DNA of 33,746 bases from an uncultured bacterium (GCA_963780225.1 CAWAAX010000024.1:1-33746), one strand, 5' to 3'; shown: positions 1 through 10,781, numbered from the stretch's first letter. Notes: generated by a model from the sequence alone, not told the origin. Numbers and translations are program-made.

Positions 1-2
1 CA

Positions 3-1664
3 TACTCCGGCCATTCAACCAATAAAGGGGACTGGATAAGCAAGGAAATTAAGGAATACTTTAAGGTTGACGGAAAGCCTTTGGGCGAAAGAAACCCAAA
101 ATGGCTGCAAGATGATTATGTAAAGTTTATTCGTTTTGCTCAGTGGAAAATTGAACAGTCTGGGCAGGGTGTTGTTGGAATGATCACCAATCACAGCTAT
201 TTAGACAATCCCACATTCCGGGGTATGCGCCAATCGTTGATGAACACCTTTGATGAAATTAGGGTTCTTGACCTGCATGGCAATACTCTTAAGAAAGAAA
301 AATGTGCTGATGGCTCAAAAGATGAAAATGTATTTGACATCATGCAAGGTGTGGCAATAGTGCTTATGATCAAACATAAAACGCATGCTAAAGGTAAGGT
401 ATTCCATGCTGAAAAATATGGCTTGCGGGAAGAAAAATATGATTGGTTGGATAAAAAACAGCACGGATCAACAAAATGGGTAAAACTTACGCCCAAAAGG
501 GAGTTCTATTTCTTTTCACCAAGGGATGAAGAATCGTCCAAAGTATATGATACTTTTCATAAAATAACAGATATATTCCCAGTAAACAGTGTTGGCATCG
601 TTACTGCAAGGGATGAGTTTGTTACCGATATGGATAAAACCAAATTAATTCGGCGTATTGAAACATTAGCTGACAAAAAAATGCCGGACGAAATAGTTGC
701 CCAAAGTTTCGGATTAAAAAACAAACCCGGTTGGGAATTATCAAAAGCACGTGAAATATTCCGGAATGAAAGCAATTGGAAAGACAAAATTGTTCCTTTA
801 TTGTACCGACCTTTTGACATTCGTTGGCTTTGTTATCATGATGCAATAATAGAAAGAGCAAGATCAGAGGTTATGCAACATATGATGAGGGAGAATCTAT
901 CTCTTTGTATTGGTCGGGCGGGTAATGTGGTGGGTATAGACAATCCCTGGAACATTGTATTCTGTTCAAATTCAATAGAAGATTTTAACCTCTTTTATAG
1001 AGGTGGCAATGTAAATTACCCATTATATCTTTACCCTAAACAGAAGGAATCAAAAGGTTCTTCTCGTGGTGTAATGATGCTTTTTGAACCCAGCGCCGAA
1101 TACAACGCGAAAAAGCCCAATTTAGCCCCGGAGTTTGTAACAAATCTTACTAAAGCATATGGCAAAACGCCCAAGCCGGAGCAGATATTCAATTATATTT
1201 ACGCCGTGCTTTATTCCAATACTTACCGCACCAAATATGCTGAATTCCTAAAAAGCGATTTCCCCCGTGTGCCGTTTACTGCTGATTACAAACTGTTTGT
1301 AAAGCTTTCCGAACTTGGTGAACAGTTAACAGAACTACATTTGTTAAAGTCCAAAACTCTCAATAAGCCCATTGTAAAGTTTGAAGGGAATGGCGACAAC
1401 CGGGATGGCAAATTGGTCTATGAGAAATCAAAGTTATATATTAACGAAACCCAATATTTCTCCGGCCTTTCACAAAATATATACGAATATCAAATAGGCG
1501 GTTACCAGGTCTGTCATAAATGGCTAAAGGACAGGAAGGGCAGGATATTGTCATTAGAGGAAATCCAAACATATTGCAAAATAGCTACCTCATTGCATGA
1601 AACTGTTGTTACCCAAAAAGAAATAGATAAACTTTACGATAAAATAGAAAACAAAACGATATAA
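3..1664 (+). CDS. Type IIG/ISP-like restriction-modification enzyme, N6-adenine methyltransferase plus C-terminal specificity region (5' truncated by window)
   Basis: Frame is open from position 3 ([12 protein letters not shown]..., consistent with the tail of an NPPY motif). Contains [34 protein letters not shown] and [15 protein letters not shown], typical of this family. Visibly AT-rich relative to downstream genes. Confidence 0.85.
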   Translation, partial: YSGHSTNKGDWISKEIKEYFKVDGKPLGERNPKWLQDDYVKFIRFAQWKIEQSGQGVVGMITNHSYLDNPTFRGMRQSLMNTFDEIRVLDLHGNTLKKEKCADGSKDENVFDIMQGVAIVLMIKHKTHAKGKVFHAEKYGLREEKYDWLDKKQHGSTKWVKLTPKREFYFFSPRDEESSKVYDTFHKITDIFPVNSVGIVTARDEFVTDMDKTKLIRRIETLADKKMPDEIVAQSFGLKNKPGWELSKAREIFRNESNWKDKIVPLLYRPFDIRWLCYHDAIIERARSEVMQHMMRENLSLCIGRAGNVVGIDNPWNIVFCSNSIEDFNLFYRGGNVNYPLYLYPKQKESKGSSRGVMMLFEPSAEYNAKKPNLAPEFVTNLTKAYGKTPKPEQIFNYIYAVLYSNTYRTKYAEFLKSDFPRVPFTADYKLFVKLSELGEQLTELHLLKSKTLNKPIVKFEGNGDNRDGKLVYEKSKLYINETQYFSGLSQNIYEYQIGGYQVCHKWLKDRKGRILSLEEIQTYCKIATSLHETVVTQKEIDKLYDKIENKTI

Positions 1665-1675
1665 GGAGAAATACC

Positions 1676-2056
1676 ATGCGTCAGATCATCAAAACAGAAA
1701 AAGCTCCGGGCGCCATCGGGCCGTACTCCCAGGGCGTGCAGTACGACAACAAACTGGTCTTCACCTCCGGGCAGATCCCGCTGGACCCCAAGACGGGGCA
1801 GCTGGTGGAGGGCGATATCAAGGCCCAGACCAAACAGGTGATGGAGAACCTGAAGGCAGTGCTGGAGGCCGGCGGCTCCAACCTAAAGAAAGTGATCAAG
1901 TGCACGGTCTTTATGGCCGACATGAATGACTTTGCCGCCATGAACGAGGTCTACGGAGAATACTTCCAGCAGGCGCCCCCGGCCCGCTCGGCCTTCCAGG
2001 TGGCCCGGCTGCCCAAGGACGCCAAGATAGAGATCGAGGCGATAGCGGAGATCTGA
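1676..2056 (+). CDS. ridA: RidA/YjgF/UK114 family reactive intermediate deaminase
   Basis: [48 protein letters not shown] just upstream. Confidence 0.93.
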   Translation: MRQIIKTEKAPGAIGPYSQGVQYDNKLVFTSGQIPLDPKTGQLVEGDIKAQTKQVMENLKAVLEAGGSNLKKVIKCTVFMADMNDFAAMNEVYGEYFQQAPPARSAFQVARLPKDAKIEIEAIAEI

Positions 2057-2116
2057 CAACTGAATACTGAATACTGAAGATTGAATACAGAAGTGTGAAT
2101 GTTGAATTGAGAGGAG
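2054..2116 (+). repeat. Degenerate heptamer tandem array (consensus TGAATAC) upstream of four-helix-bundle gene
   Basis: tgacaac tgaatac tgaatac tgaagat tgaatac agaagtg tgaatgt tgaattg agaggag, read directly. Confidence 0.8.
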
Positions 2117-2119
2117 TGT

Positions 2120-2506
2120 GTGATGATGGAACCTGCTAAATCTTTCAGAGACTTGATAGTGTGGCAAAAGGCACACCAATTGGTGTTAGCCGTATACCGA
2201 TATTCTGATAACTTCCCCGGGAAAGAAATGTACTGCTTGATACCGCAACTGCGACGGGCGGCAATATCTGTTCCGGCCAACATTGCAGAAGGATTCAAGA
2301 AGAAAAGCAAACCGGATAAAGTACGTTATATGAACATTTCCCAGGGGTCATTGGAAGAAGTCCGGTATTATCTGATCCTGGCAGCGGATCTGGGCTACGG
2401 TAATAGCGATAAATTGAATGACGATCTTGATATCGTCAGCAAGATGTTGGAAGGTTATATGTCCAGCATCAGAAAAAGCATGGTGATGAAAGTCCCGCAG
2501 TCTTAA
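2120..2506 (+). CDS. Four-helix bundle protein (23S rRNA intervening-sequence protein / Avd-like family)
   Basis: SFRDLIVWQKAH, FP..E.Y.L..QLRRAAISVPANIAEG, SQGSLEE..YYLILA.DLGY. Exact start (GTG 2120, ATG 2123 or 2126) is uncertain. Confidence 0.92.
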   Translation: MMMEPAKSFRDLIVWQKAHQLVLAVYRYSDNFPGKEMYCLIPQLRRAAISVPANIAEGFKKKSKPDKVRYMNISQGSLEEVRYYLILAADLGYGNSDKLNDDLDIVSKMLEGYMSSIRKSMVMKVPQS

Positions 2507-2509
2507 AAC

Positions 2510-2544
2510 AGATTCAATATTCAAAATTCCAACTCCAATATTCA
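2510..2544 (-). repeat. Degenerate heptamer array, inverted relative to the 2054-2116 array
   Basis: agattca atattca aaattcc aactcca atattca; the reverse complement reads tgaatat tggagtt ggaattt tgaatat tgaatct. Confidence 0.7.
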
Positions 2545-2555
2545 CGAGTAATAAG

Positions 2556-3491
2556 ATGCGCATAAAAGTTATTTTGAACCCCAAGGCCCACGGCGGCGAG
2601 GCGGCCGGGCATGCCGAGCAGGTAAAGGCATTGTTCACGGCCTACGGGCTTAACTTTGAACTGGCCCTGACCGACCACGAGGGCGACGGGGCCAGGCTGG
2701 CCAAGGAGGCCATCGAGCGAGGGTTTCAGATCATAGTGGCGGCCGGCGGCGACGGGCTGGCCGGCGAAGTGGCCGGGGCGCTGGTGGGCAGCCAGGCCGT
2801 TTTCGGCATGATCCCTCTGGGCTCGGGCGACGATTTCGCCAAGTCGCTTAAGATCGGCCGTTCCATTCCCCAGGCGGTGGAGGCCATCCGCGACCGGCAG
2901 ACCATGATGGTGGATGCCGGTACGGTCAGCTCGCCCCTGCCCGGAGGGAAGAAGATGGAACGCTACTTTTTCAACTGCGTGGGCATAGGCCTGGACGGCG
3001 AGGTGATAATTGAGAAGCTGAAGATCAAGGGCCTGCGGGACCTTAAGCTGTATCTTTGGGCCACCGTCAAGGCCCTGCTGCGCTACAAGGGCCAGAAGAT
3101 GTCCTTTGACTTCGGGCAGGGCAAGGTCTGGCACCAGACGCTGGTGGCCGAGATCACCAACGGCAAGAGCGTGGGCGGCGGGTATTATCTTAACCCCGGG
3201 GCCAAAGTGGACGACGGCCTGCTGGACCTCTGCCTGATCCACAAGCTGACCTGGCTGGAATTCTTCAATCACGTTCCCAAGACCTTCAAGGGAAAGCATA
3301 CCGAGATCCGACAGGTGACCATGGGCAAATTGACCAGGGTCACGGTGGAGTCGGAAACCCCCATGTCGGCGCAGGTGGACGGCGAGCTGTGGCCCTATGT
3401 CAACCGGTTCGACATCTCCATCGTTCCCAGGGCACTGCAGTGCATTGCGGGCAAGGATGATGTGGGGGAGAGGTTGAAGAGCTTTTCCTGA
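2556..3491 (+). CDS. Diacylglycerol/lipid kinase family protein (YegS/DAGK-like)
   Basis: ILNPKA, AAGGDG, IPLGSGDDFA, GIGLDG, NGKSVGGG, DDGLLD and QVDGE motifs. Confidence 0.92.
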   Translation: MRIKVILNPKAHGGEAAGHAEQVKALFTAYGLNFELALTDHEGDGARLAKEAIERGFQIIVAAGGDGLAGEVAGALVGSQAVFGMIPLGSGDDFAKSLKIGRSIPQAVEAIRDRQTMMVDAGTVSSPLPGGKKMERYFFNCVGIGLDGEVIIEKLKIKGLRDLKLYLWATVKALLRYKGQKMSFDFGQGKVWHQTLVAEITNGKSVGGGYYLNPGAKVDDGLLDLCLIHKLTWLEFFNHVPKTFKGKHTEIRQVTMGKLTRVTVESETPMSAQVDGELWPYVNRFDISIVPRALQCIAGKDDVGERLKSFS

Positions 3492-3550
3492 GCAGGGGAG
3501 CCGACGAGGGTATCCAGTAGTCACTATTCAGTAAATTGAATTGAGCAACA

Positions 3551-4345
3551 ATGAGTGATTTCGAGAAAAATCGTACTTTCATGAAAAACGGATTCGGTTA
3601 TCCTGAGCGAGAACTGGTTTCCGATCAGGAGAAAGGTTTGCCGCAACCGCCGGTTGAAAAAGTCATCGGCAGTGGTTTAAAAATTATTGACCTGCCGCAA
3701 GTTGATAAAAATACAATAATACAAGGTGACTTGTTCGCTTGTATCAATAACCGCAGGAGCCGGCGCAAGTTTGTCAATCAGGCGCTGACTTTGGATGAGT
3801 TATCTTTTTTATTATGGGCGACTCAGGGGGTACAAAAGGTTGTGCCTGCTTACAACCGAACCGGCATAGGTACGTTACGGCCAGTACCTTCGGCTGGCGG
3901 GAGGAATGCTTATGAAACTTATCTGGCAGTCAACAACGTGACCGGTCTGGGAAAAGGCATATATCTTTATCGTCCACTTGAACATAAACTTGCCTTTTAC
4001 TGTGAAGTTGAAAGTTTATCAGACAAGCTGGTTGCTGCATACGGTGGTACCGAGTTTTTAAACGAAGCCAAGTGGCTTGCTGACACACCGGTAGTATTTA
4101 TATGGTCGTGTATTCCTTACCGCGGTGAATGGCGTTATCATTGTGAATCTCACAGGCTGATGCTTTTAGATGCCGGTCATATATGTCAGAATCTTTATTT
4201 GGCTTGTGAAGGCATAGGGTGCGGTACTTGTGCAATTGGCGCTTGGGAGAAAGATGCTTTTGACAAACTGCTTGGTTTGGATGGTAAAGATGAATTTGTT
4301 GTCTATCTGGCTGGGGTTGGCAAAACAATAACTGAACCCGCTTAG
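3551..4345 (+). CDS. SagB/ThcOx family dehydrogenase (nitroreductase fold)
   Basis: RRSRRKF, LSFLLWATQG, RPVPSAGG, LDAGHICQNLYLACE, GCGTCAIGA. Lower GC than flanking genes. Confidence 0.88.
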   Translation: MSDFEKNRTFMKNGFGYPERELVSDQEKGLPQPPVEKVIGSGLKIIDLPQVDKNTIIQGDLFACINNRRSRRKFVNQALTLDELSFLLWATQGVQKVVPAYNRTGIGTLRPVPSAGGRNAYETYLAVNNVTGLGKGIYLYRPLEHKLAFYCEVESLSDKLVAAYGGTEFLNEAKWLADTPVVFIWSCIPYRGEWRYHCESHRLMLLDAGHICQNLYLACEGIGCGTCAIGAWEKDAFDKLLGLDGKDEFVVYLAGVGKTITEPA

Positions 4346-4404
4346 CAATGAATTCGAACCCATAGGATAGACTTGACTACAATATTTATGCCAATAAATA
4401 AAAC

Positions 4405-5381
4405 ATGAAAACCCTATCACTACTTTCCGGAGGCCTGGACAGCATCCTGGCCGCCAAGGCCGTCATGGAACAGGGCATCGAGGTCATAGGCCTCTGCTTC
4501 GTCACCCCTTTCTTTGGACCCGAGCCGGCCCGCAAGGCCGCCGCCCAGCTGGGCATCAAACTGATAGAACATGATTTCACCGATGAATACTTCGAAATGA
4601 TGAAAAATCCCCGTTACGGTTTCGGCGGAAACATGAATCCCTGCATCGACTGTCATGGGATGATGCTACGGACGGCCCACGGCCTGCTGGAGGAGCACGG
4701 GGCCTCGTTCCTGATAACCGGAGAGGTGATGGGAGAACGGCCCATGTCCCAGACCAAGGGAGGGTTGAACGCGGTGCTCAAACTTGTCCGCCGACCGGGA
4801 CCTGATCCTGCGCCCCCTGTCCGCCAAACTGCTGGCGCCCTCAAAACCGGAGCGGGAGGGCTGGGTGGACCGGGAAAAACTCTACGACTTTTCCGGGCGG
4901 GGCCGCAAGCGGCAGGAGGATCTGGCCAAAAGTTTCGGGATCAAAGATTATCCCCAGCCGGCCGGGGGTTGTCTGCTGACCGAGCCCAACTATTCCACCC
5001 GGCTGAAAGAACTGCTTAAGCACGAAGGCCTGGTGAGAAGGGACGTGGAACTGCTGGCCGCCGGGCGGCATTTCAGGATTGCCCCGAACGTAAAGCTGGC
5101 GGTGGGGCGCAACAAGGCGGAGAACGAGGTCCTGCTTAAAATGGCCGGGGATGATGACCTGGTCATCCGGCCCGATCACCATATCAAAGGGCCCGGTGGG
5201 ACTGCTGCGGGGCAGTCCCGATGAGGCCGGGCTGGCCCTGGCCCTGCAGATAGTGGCCCGGTACTGCGATGTTAAGATCGATGAAAAATTAAGCCTGAAT
5301 ATCTATACCGGAAATGATCCGGTGAGGGCTCTGGAAACTGTCAAACCTGCCGAGCAGGAAGTAAACGGATATATGATATGA
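4405..5381 (+). CDS. PP-loop tRNA thiolase-like protein (ThiI/MnmA-related family), frameshifted in this sequence
   Basis: SGGLDS PP-loop, NPCIDCH and TGEVMGERPMSQ (ORF 4405) continue into LILRPLSAKLL, GRGRKRQ, PAGGCLLT and GRHFR (ORF 4784), then GPVGLL (ORF 5151). Single extra bases near 4785 and 5188. Confidence 0.8.
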
Positions 5382-5933
5382 AAAAAATATATTTGTCCTC
5401 ATCGTCAGCAGTCTCCACACAACTGGTCATTCCCGCAAAAGCGGGAATCCAGGAAAACACTGGATTCCGGGTCAAGCCCGGAATGACAAGCTGCATAAGA
5501 CTTATGTCGTCGTGTATGATAATATCCCTGTTTTTACTTTTACGGACTCCAGCGCTGGCCCAACAGGATACCACCTATCAAGAAGCCGCACCGTTCGGCC
5601 TTATTAGCGGTATCATTTTCAGCCGTGATCCCGGGGGGCGGGCAGTTGTATACCCAGAATTACTTGAAAGCAGCAGGTTTTGCCGGAACTTTGGGTTATC
5701 TTGGATATAACTGGTACAGCTATGATAAAGATTACATGAATTCCAATTTGGCCGAGTCTGATTATTACTATCAAAAGCGGCGTAAATACATGCTTTGGAC
5801 CATCGGGGTCTGGCTGGGCTCTCTGGCCGATGCCTATGTCAGCGCCCATCTGTACAAATTCAACCAGAACGCCGAACCGAGGGTAACTTTTGTGATCGAC
5901 CGGAACAAACTGGCCCTGGCGGGACGGTTTTGA
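5378..5933 (+). CDS. Small secreted/membrane protein (DUF5683/TM2-like), frameshifted near 5575
   Basis: Signal-like N-terminus (MKKI...IISLFLLLRTPALAQQ) joins by a +1 shift to KKPHRSALLAVSFSAVIPGGGQLY...SLADAYVSAHL. Confidence 0.65.
5410..5502. repeat. REP/RPE-like palindromic element
   Basis: Core 5426-5487 GTCATTCCCGCAAAAGCGGGAATCCAG...CTGGATTCCGGGTCAAGCCCGGAATGAC: two internal hairpins closed by GTCATTCC/GGAATGAC, with an outer AGTCT/AGACT pair. Confidence 0.85.
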
Positions 5934-6088
5934 GGGTAACTCCACTCTCACTGCCAGAAGACCACCTCGTAGGGGAGGGAAGCAGTCGAGAGGTTAAGGA
6001 TTCACGATAGCAATATGTAGGCCTTCTCATGACCTGCCGGGGCAGAGCCACTGTGCTTATGTATGCTATTAGAAACAAGGAGAATCCA

Positions 6089-7600
6089 ATGCAGATATCA
6101 ACCAACTTAATTCTTCTGGGCTTCGGGCTGTTCCTGGCCTTCGCAGTCTTCTGGCTGTTCCTGCGGGGCTTGAGCCGCTGGAAGTTCTTCAAAAGCCTGG
6201 GCCTGGTGCTGAACATCAGCGGGCTGTACGTGGCCTTCAGGCTCTTTTTGCATTGGGGGCATATTCCCTTGAAAACCCAGACCCATACCCTGGTGCTTTC
6301 CATCGGGGTTTTCCTGGGTTTCTATCTGGCCATCAAGATGTTCGAGTACCTTGGTTTTGACCTGTTGCTTTCCAACAGCAAAAAGGCCCAGGTGCCGCAG
6401 CTGCTGCGGGACATGGTGCGCTGGATGCTGGCCATACTGGTGTTCTTTATCATCCTCAAGGTGAACCTGGGGGTCAATCTGGGGCCGCTGTTCGCCACCT
6501 CGGCCGCCTTGACCTTCATCCTGGGCATCGCCATGCAGGACGTGCTGGGAAACCTGTTCGCCGGGATAGCCCTGAACCTGGAACGGCCATTTGCCATCGG
6601 GGACTGGGTGATGATCAACAACCAGGAGGGGCAGGTGGAGAACATGACCTGGCGGGCCACCCGGCTGAAGACCTTCACCGACGATTACGTGATCATCCCC
6701 AACGCCTCCATCGCCAAGAACGAGATCATCAACTACAGCCATCCCACCCCGATCCACGCCCGGGAACTGGTGATCGGCGTCCCCAAGACCGCCGCTCCCA
6801 GCCAGATCAAGGCAGGTGATCTGCTGGCGCCAGATCGAAGGCCCACGGGGTGATCAAGGATCCCCGCCCCGGGTCTGGCTGAAGGAGTACGACGACTACA
6901 CCATCAATTACCGGGTCAAGTTCTGGATCGACGATTTCGGCGACCTGTACGAGATCGAGGATGACGTGATGAGCCGGATCTGGTACCATTTCAAGCGCAA
7001 TAATATCGGCCTCCCCTATCCCATCAGCGACGTCCGGGTGACCCCGGCCTCGGTCCGGGAGCCGGAGGAGCAGCGCCGGGAGGAAGAGACAGCAGGCCGG
7101 CATCTACTCTCAAGCAGGTGCCGCTCTTCGCCGCCATTCCCGAGAAGGACCTGAAACGGCTGTCCGCCAACCTGCAGGCCAAGACATTCGCGGCCGGCGA
7201 GCATCTGGTGCGGCAGGGCGACGAGGGCGGGTCATTTTACATCATCAAGCAGGGAAAGGTGGAGGTGCTGGTGGCCGATCCCGAAGGCCGCCAGACCAAA
7301 GTGGCCGAACTGGAAACTGGAAAGTTCTTCGGCGAGATGTCGCTGCTGACCGGGGAGAAGCGCAGCGCCTCGATCCGGGCCGTCGGGGACGTGGAGGTGC
7401 TGGCGGTGGAGAAGAAGGACATCAGCCCGATACTGACGGCCAATCCCAAGATAGCCGAATCGCTTTCCAAGATGATCGAGCAGCGGCAGAGGGAGAACCT
7501 GGAGCGGATCGCCAAGTCCCGGGCCATCTCCGAAGAGGAGCGGCGGGCCGCCAGCTCGGCCAGCATTTTAAAGAAGATCCGGAATTTCTTCGCCATGTAA
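6089..7600 (+). CDS. MscS-family mechanosensitive channel with C-terminal cyclic-nucleotide-binding domain, frameshifted in this sequence
   Basis: AAGGAG RBS before ATG 6089; TM helices; GIAMQDVLGNLFAG, PFAIGDWV, WRATRL, IPNA; then YRVKFW and IGLPYP; then cNMP domain LVRQGDEG.SFYII..GKVEV, GKFFGEMSLLTGEKRSASIRA. Several indels at about 6810-6870 and 7090-7115. Confidence 0.85.
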
Positions 7601-7712
7601 TACGAGACATTTCCTTGCCCACGAAAAACACGAAAACCAGGGATATATTCTAATCAATGATCATCCAATCCTCTCAGGAGATATGGAGGACAACAGGTGC
7701 CAACCCAGGTAT

Positions 7713-7903
7713 GTCGCGTTAAAACGATCAGTGAGCATCGCAGTTGACGGCGGTTAAAAGCTTGTCTGCATGTTTGAGGGCTTGGCCAAAGCCCGAGTTC
7801 AGACAAGCCCGCCGTCAGCGAGAAGCGCAACGCCCGGAGAGTTTTTAGCGACGAGCTTTTTCTTTTGGTTCTTTTCTTGTTGGCGGCACAAAAAGAAAAG
7901 AAC
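7713..7903. other. Highly structured intergenic element (nested hairpin plus terminal stem); repeat or ncRNA candidate
   Basis: Pairings 7713-7725/7841-7852, 7743-7753/7809-7819, 7760-7768/7800-7808 and 7778-7783/7789-7794; separate 15-bp stem with one mismatch at 7868-7903. Confidence 0.65.
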
Positions 7904-8006
7904 GTAATCGAGTTGAATCTGCTTTTTTACAAAACCTGCTATATTCTTTTTACTTTTCCGGAGCTAGTTAGATAAGCATTTTCTAATTTCACGGTTCATT
8001 TAATAA

Positions 8007-9164
<1,158 letters not shown>

Positions 9165-9166
9165 AC

Positions 9167-10099
9167 ATGCCCAAGATCGCGGCCATAGACATAGGCTCAA
9201 ACGCCATCAGGATGGCGGTGGCGGAGGTCTCTGCTGTCGGACTCCCGCAAAACCTGAAACACTACCGTGAACCGGTGCGGCTGGGAACGGATGTTTTCAC
9301 TTCGGGCCGGGTCGGGCCGGAAACTATCGAAGCGACGCTGACAGCACTTAAAAAATACCAAGTGATCATAAACTCCCAGGCAGCCCAGGCCGTAAGGGCC
9401 GTGGCCACCGAAGCTTTGCGCCGGGCCGGCAATTGCTCCGAGGTTCTTCAAACTATCGAACTGGAAACCGGCCTGAAGGTGGAGATAATATCGCCGCAGA
9501 CCGAGGCTGAATTGGTACTGAGCGTACTCTCCCAAAAGATAGATCTGGCGGGCAGGAAGGCTCTTCATTTGGAACTGGGCGGGGGCAGCCTGGAAATGAG
9601 CACGGTCGTAAACGGTGTACTGGCCGCTTCTCAAAGCTTTGAACTCGGGGCCATACGACTTTTACAAAACATCAAAACAACGGACAAGGACCAGGCGCTG
9701 TCCGATATCTCAAAACTGGCCGGCCCTGCACTGGAATGGCTGAACGGAGCACAAAAGGATCATCAACCGGACATCCTGATCGGCACCGGGGGAAGCCTGG
9801 AGCTTCTTGCAGACCTGGCGGTCCAGGTGACGGGCTCGGGAAAAAAGAGTGTTTTGTCCCGGGACGGGCTGGAAAAAGTGGTTGATGCTCTTATGCCTCT
9901 GGACATCGGGCAGAAAATGGAAAGATTCAACCTTAAGCCGGACCGGGCGGACGTGGCCCTGCCGGCGGCCCTGCTGATCTTGGTCCTGCTGGGAAACATC
10001 AAACTGGACGAGATCCAAGTTCCCCGGGTGGGATTGAAAGAGGGGCTGCTCATGGCAATAGCACAATCTTTAAAAACAGGAAACAGCAATGACGGCTAA
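9167..10099 (+). CDS. ppx: Ppx/GppA family exopolyphosphatase (short form, no C-terminal HD domain)
   Basis: AAIDIGSNAIR, VRLG, AVATEALRRA, ELGGGSLE, GTGGS, DRADV, GLKEG. Confidence 0.9.
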   Translation: MPKIAAIDIGSNAIRMAVAEVSAVGLPQNLKHYREPVRLGTDVFTSGRVGPETIEATLTALKKYQVIINSQAAQAVRAVATEALRRAGNCSEVLQTIELETGLKVEIISPQTEAELVLSVLSQKIDLAGRKALHLELGGGSLEMSTVVNGVLAASQSFELGAIRLLQNIKTTDKDQALSDISKLAGPALEWLNGAQKDHQPDILIGTGGSLELLADLAVQVTGSGKKSVLSRDGLEKVVDALMPLDIGQKMERFNLKPDRADVALPAALLILVLLGNIKLDEIQVPRVGLKEGLLMAIAQSLKTGNSNDG

Positions 10100-10781
10100 A
10101 TTCGTAGAAGGGCAGGAACTGCCGGGCAAGCTGATCGCGGTGGAGGGACTGGACGGCTCGGGCAAGTCCACCCAGATCCACCTGGTCAAGCGCTGGCTGG
10201 AGCTGGAGGGCTACAAAGTATTCTTCACCGAGTGGAACTCCTCGCCGCTCTTGAGGCAGTCGGTGAAGAACGGCAAACGGGAGCAGCTTTTGACCCCCAC
10301 CACCTTCGCCCTGATCCACTGCACCGATTTCGCCGACCGCTACGAGCGCCAGATCCTGCCGCTGCTCCACGCCGGTTACATCGTGCTGGCCGACCGCTAC
10401 ATCTTCACCGCCTTCGCCCGGGACGCGGTGCGGGGCTGCGACCGGGACTGGGTGAAGAGCCTTTACAGCTACGCGGTCCACCCCCACGTCACCTTCTTCT
10501 TTGACGTGCCGCTGGAGATGGCGCTGTCCCGGATCATGTCGGGGCGGGCCAAGCTGAAGCACTACGAGGCCGGGATGGACATGGGATATTCACCCGACAT
10601 CCTGCAGAGCTTCAAGACCTTTCAGGGAAAGATGCGGGAGGAATATTTGCGGATGACGGAGGAGTTCGGCTTCATAAAAATAGACGTGGGCCGCCCGCCC
10701 GACCAGCTGCAGAAAGAGGTGCGGGGCCACATTCAGAAACGGATAGAGCTGGAGAGGTACAAATGGAAAACATCGCGCTGA
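10089..10781 (+). CDS. Thymidylate-kinase-fold protein, intact P-loop (putative catalytic subunit of heteromeric polyphosphate kinase)
   Basis: LIAVEGLDGSGKST, TDFADR, VLADRY; start overlaps the ppx stop. Confidence 0.8.
   Translation: MTAKFVEGQELPGKLIAVEGLDGSGKSTQIHLVKRWLELEGYKVFFTEWNSSPLLRQSVKNGKREQLLTPTTFALIHCTDFADRYERQILPLLHAGYIVLADRYIFTAFARDAVRGCDRDWVKSLYSYAVHPHVTFFFDVPLEMALSRIMSGRAKLKHYEAGMDMGYSPDILQSFKTFQGKMREEYLRMTEEFGFIKIDVGRPPDQLQKEVRGHIQKRIELERYKWKTSR

Noticed and set aside
2120..2506. Diversity-generating retroelement (Avd-like gene)
   Set aside because: No reverse transcriptase and no TR/VR repeat pair seen in the window.
2514..3524. 336-aa minus-strand ORF and other long antisense ORFs (e.g. 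8043-8891, 6107-6757, 10733-11377)
   Set aside because: They are shadows of GC-rich, well-supported plus-strand genes and have no recognisable motifs.
3551..4345. Thiazole/oxazole RiPP cluster
   Set aside because: No YcaO, E1-like protein or precursor peptide nearby.
4780..5200. Programmed ribosomal frameshifting
   Set aside because: No canonical slippery heptamer; the indels cluster across unrelated genes, which fits sequence error better.
5940..6055. Cobalamin riboswitch or SRP RNA (GCCAGAAGACC, GGGAAG, GACCTGCC, GCCACTG, GAAGCAG words present)
   Set aside because: The cobalamin motifs are in the wrong order and the SRP CAGG-GNRA helix is absent.
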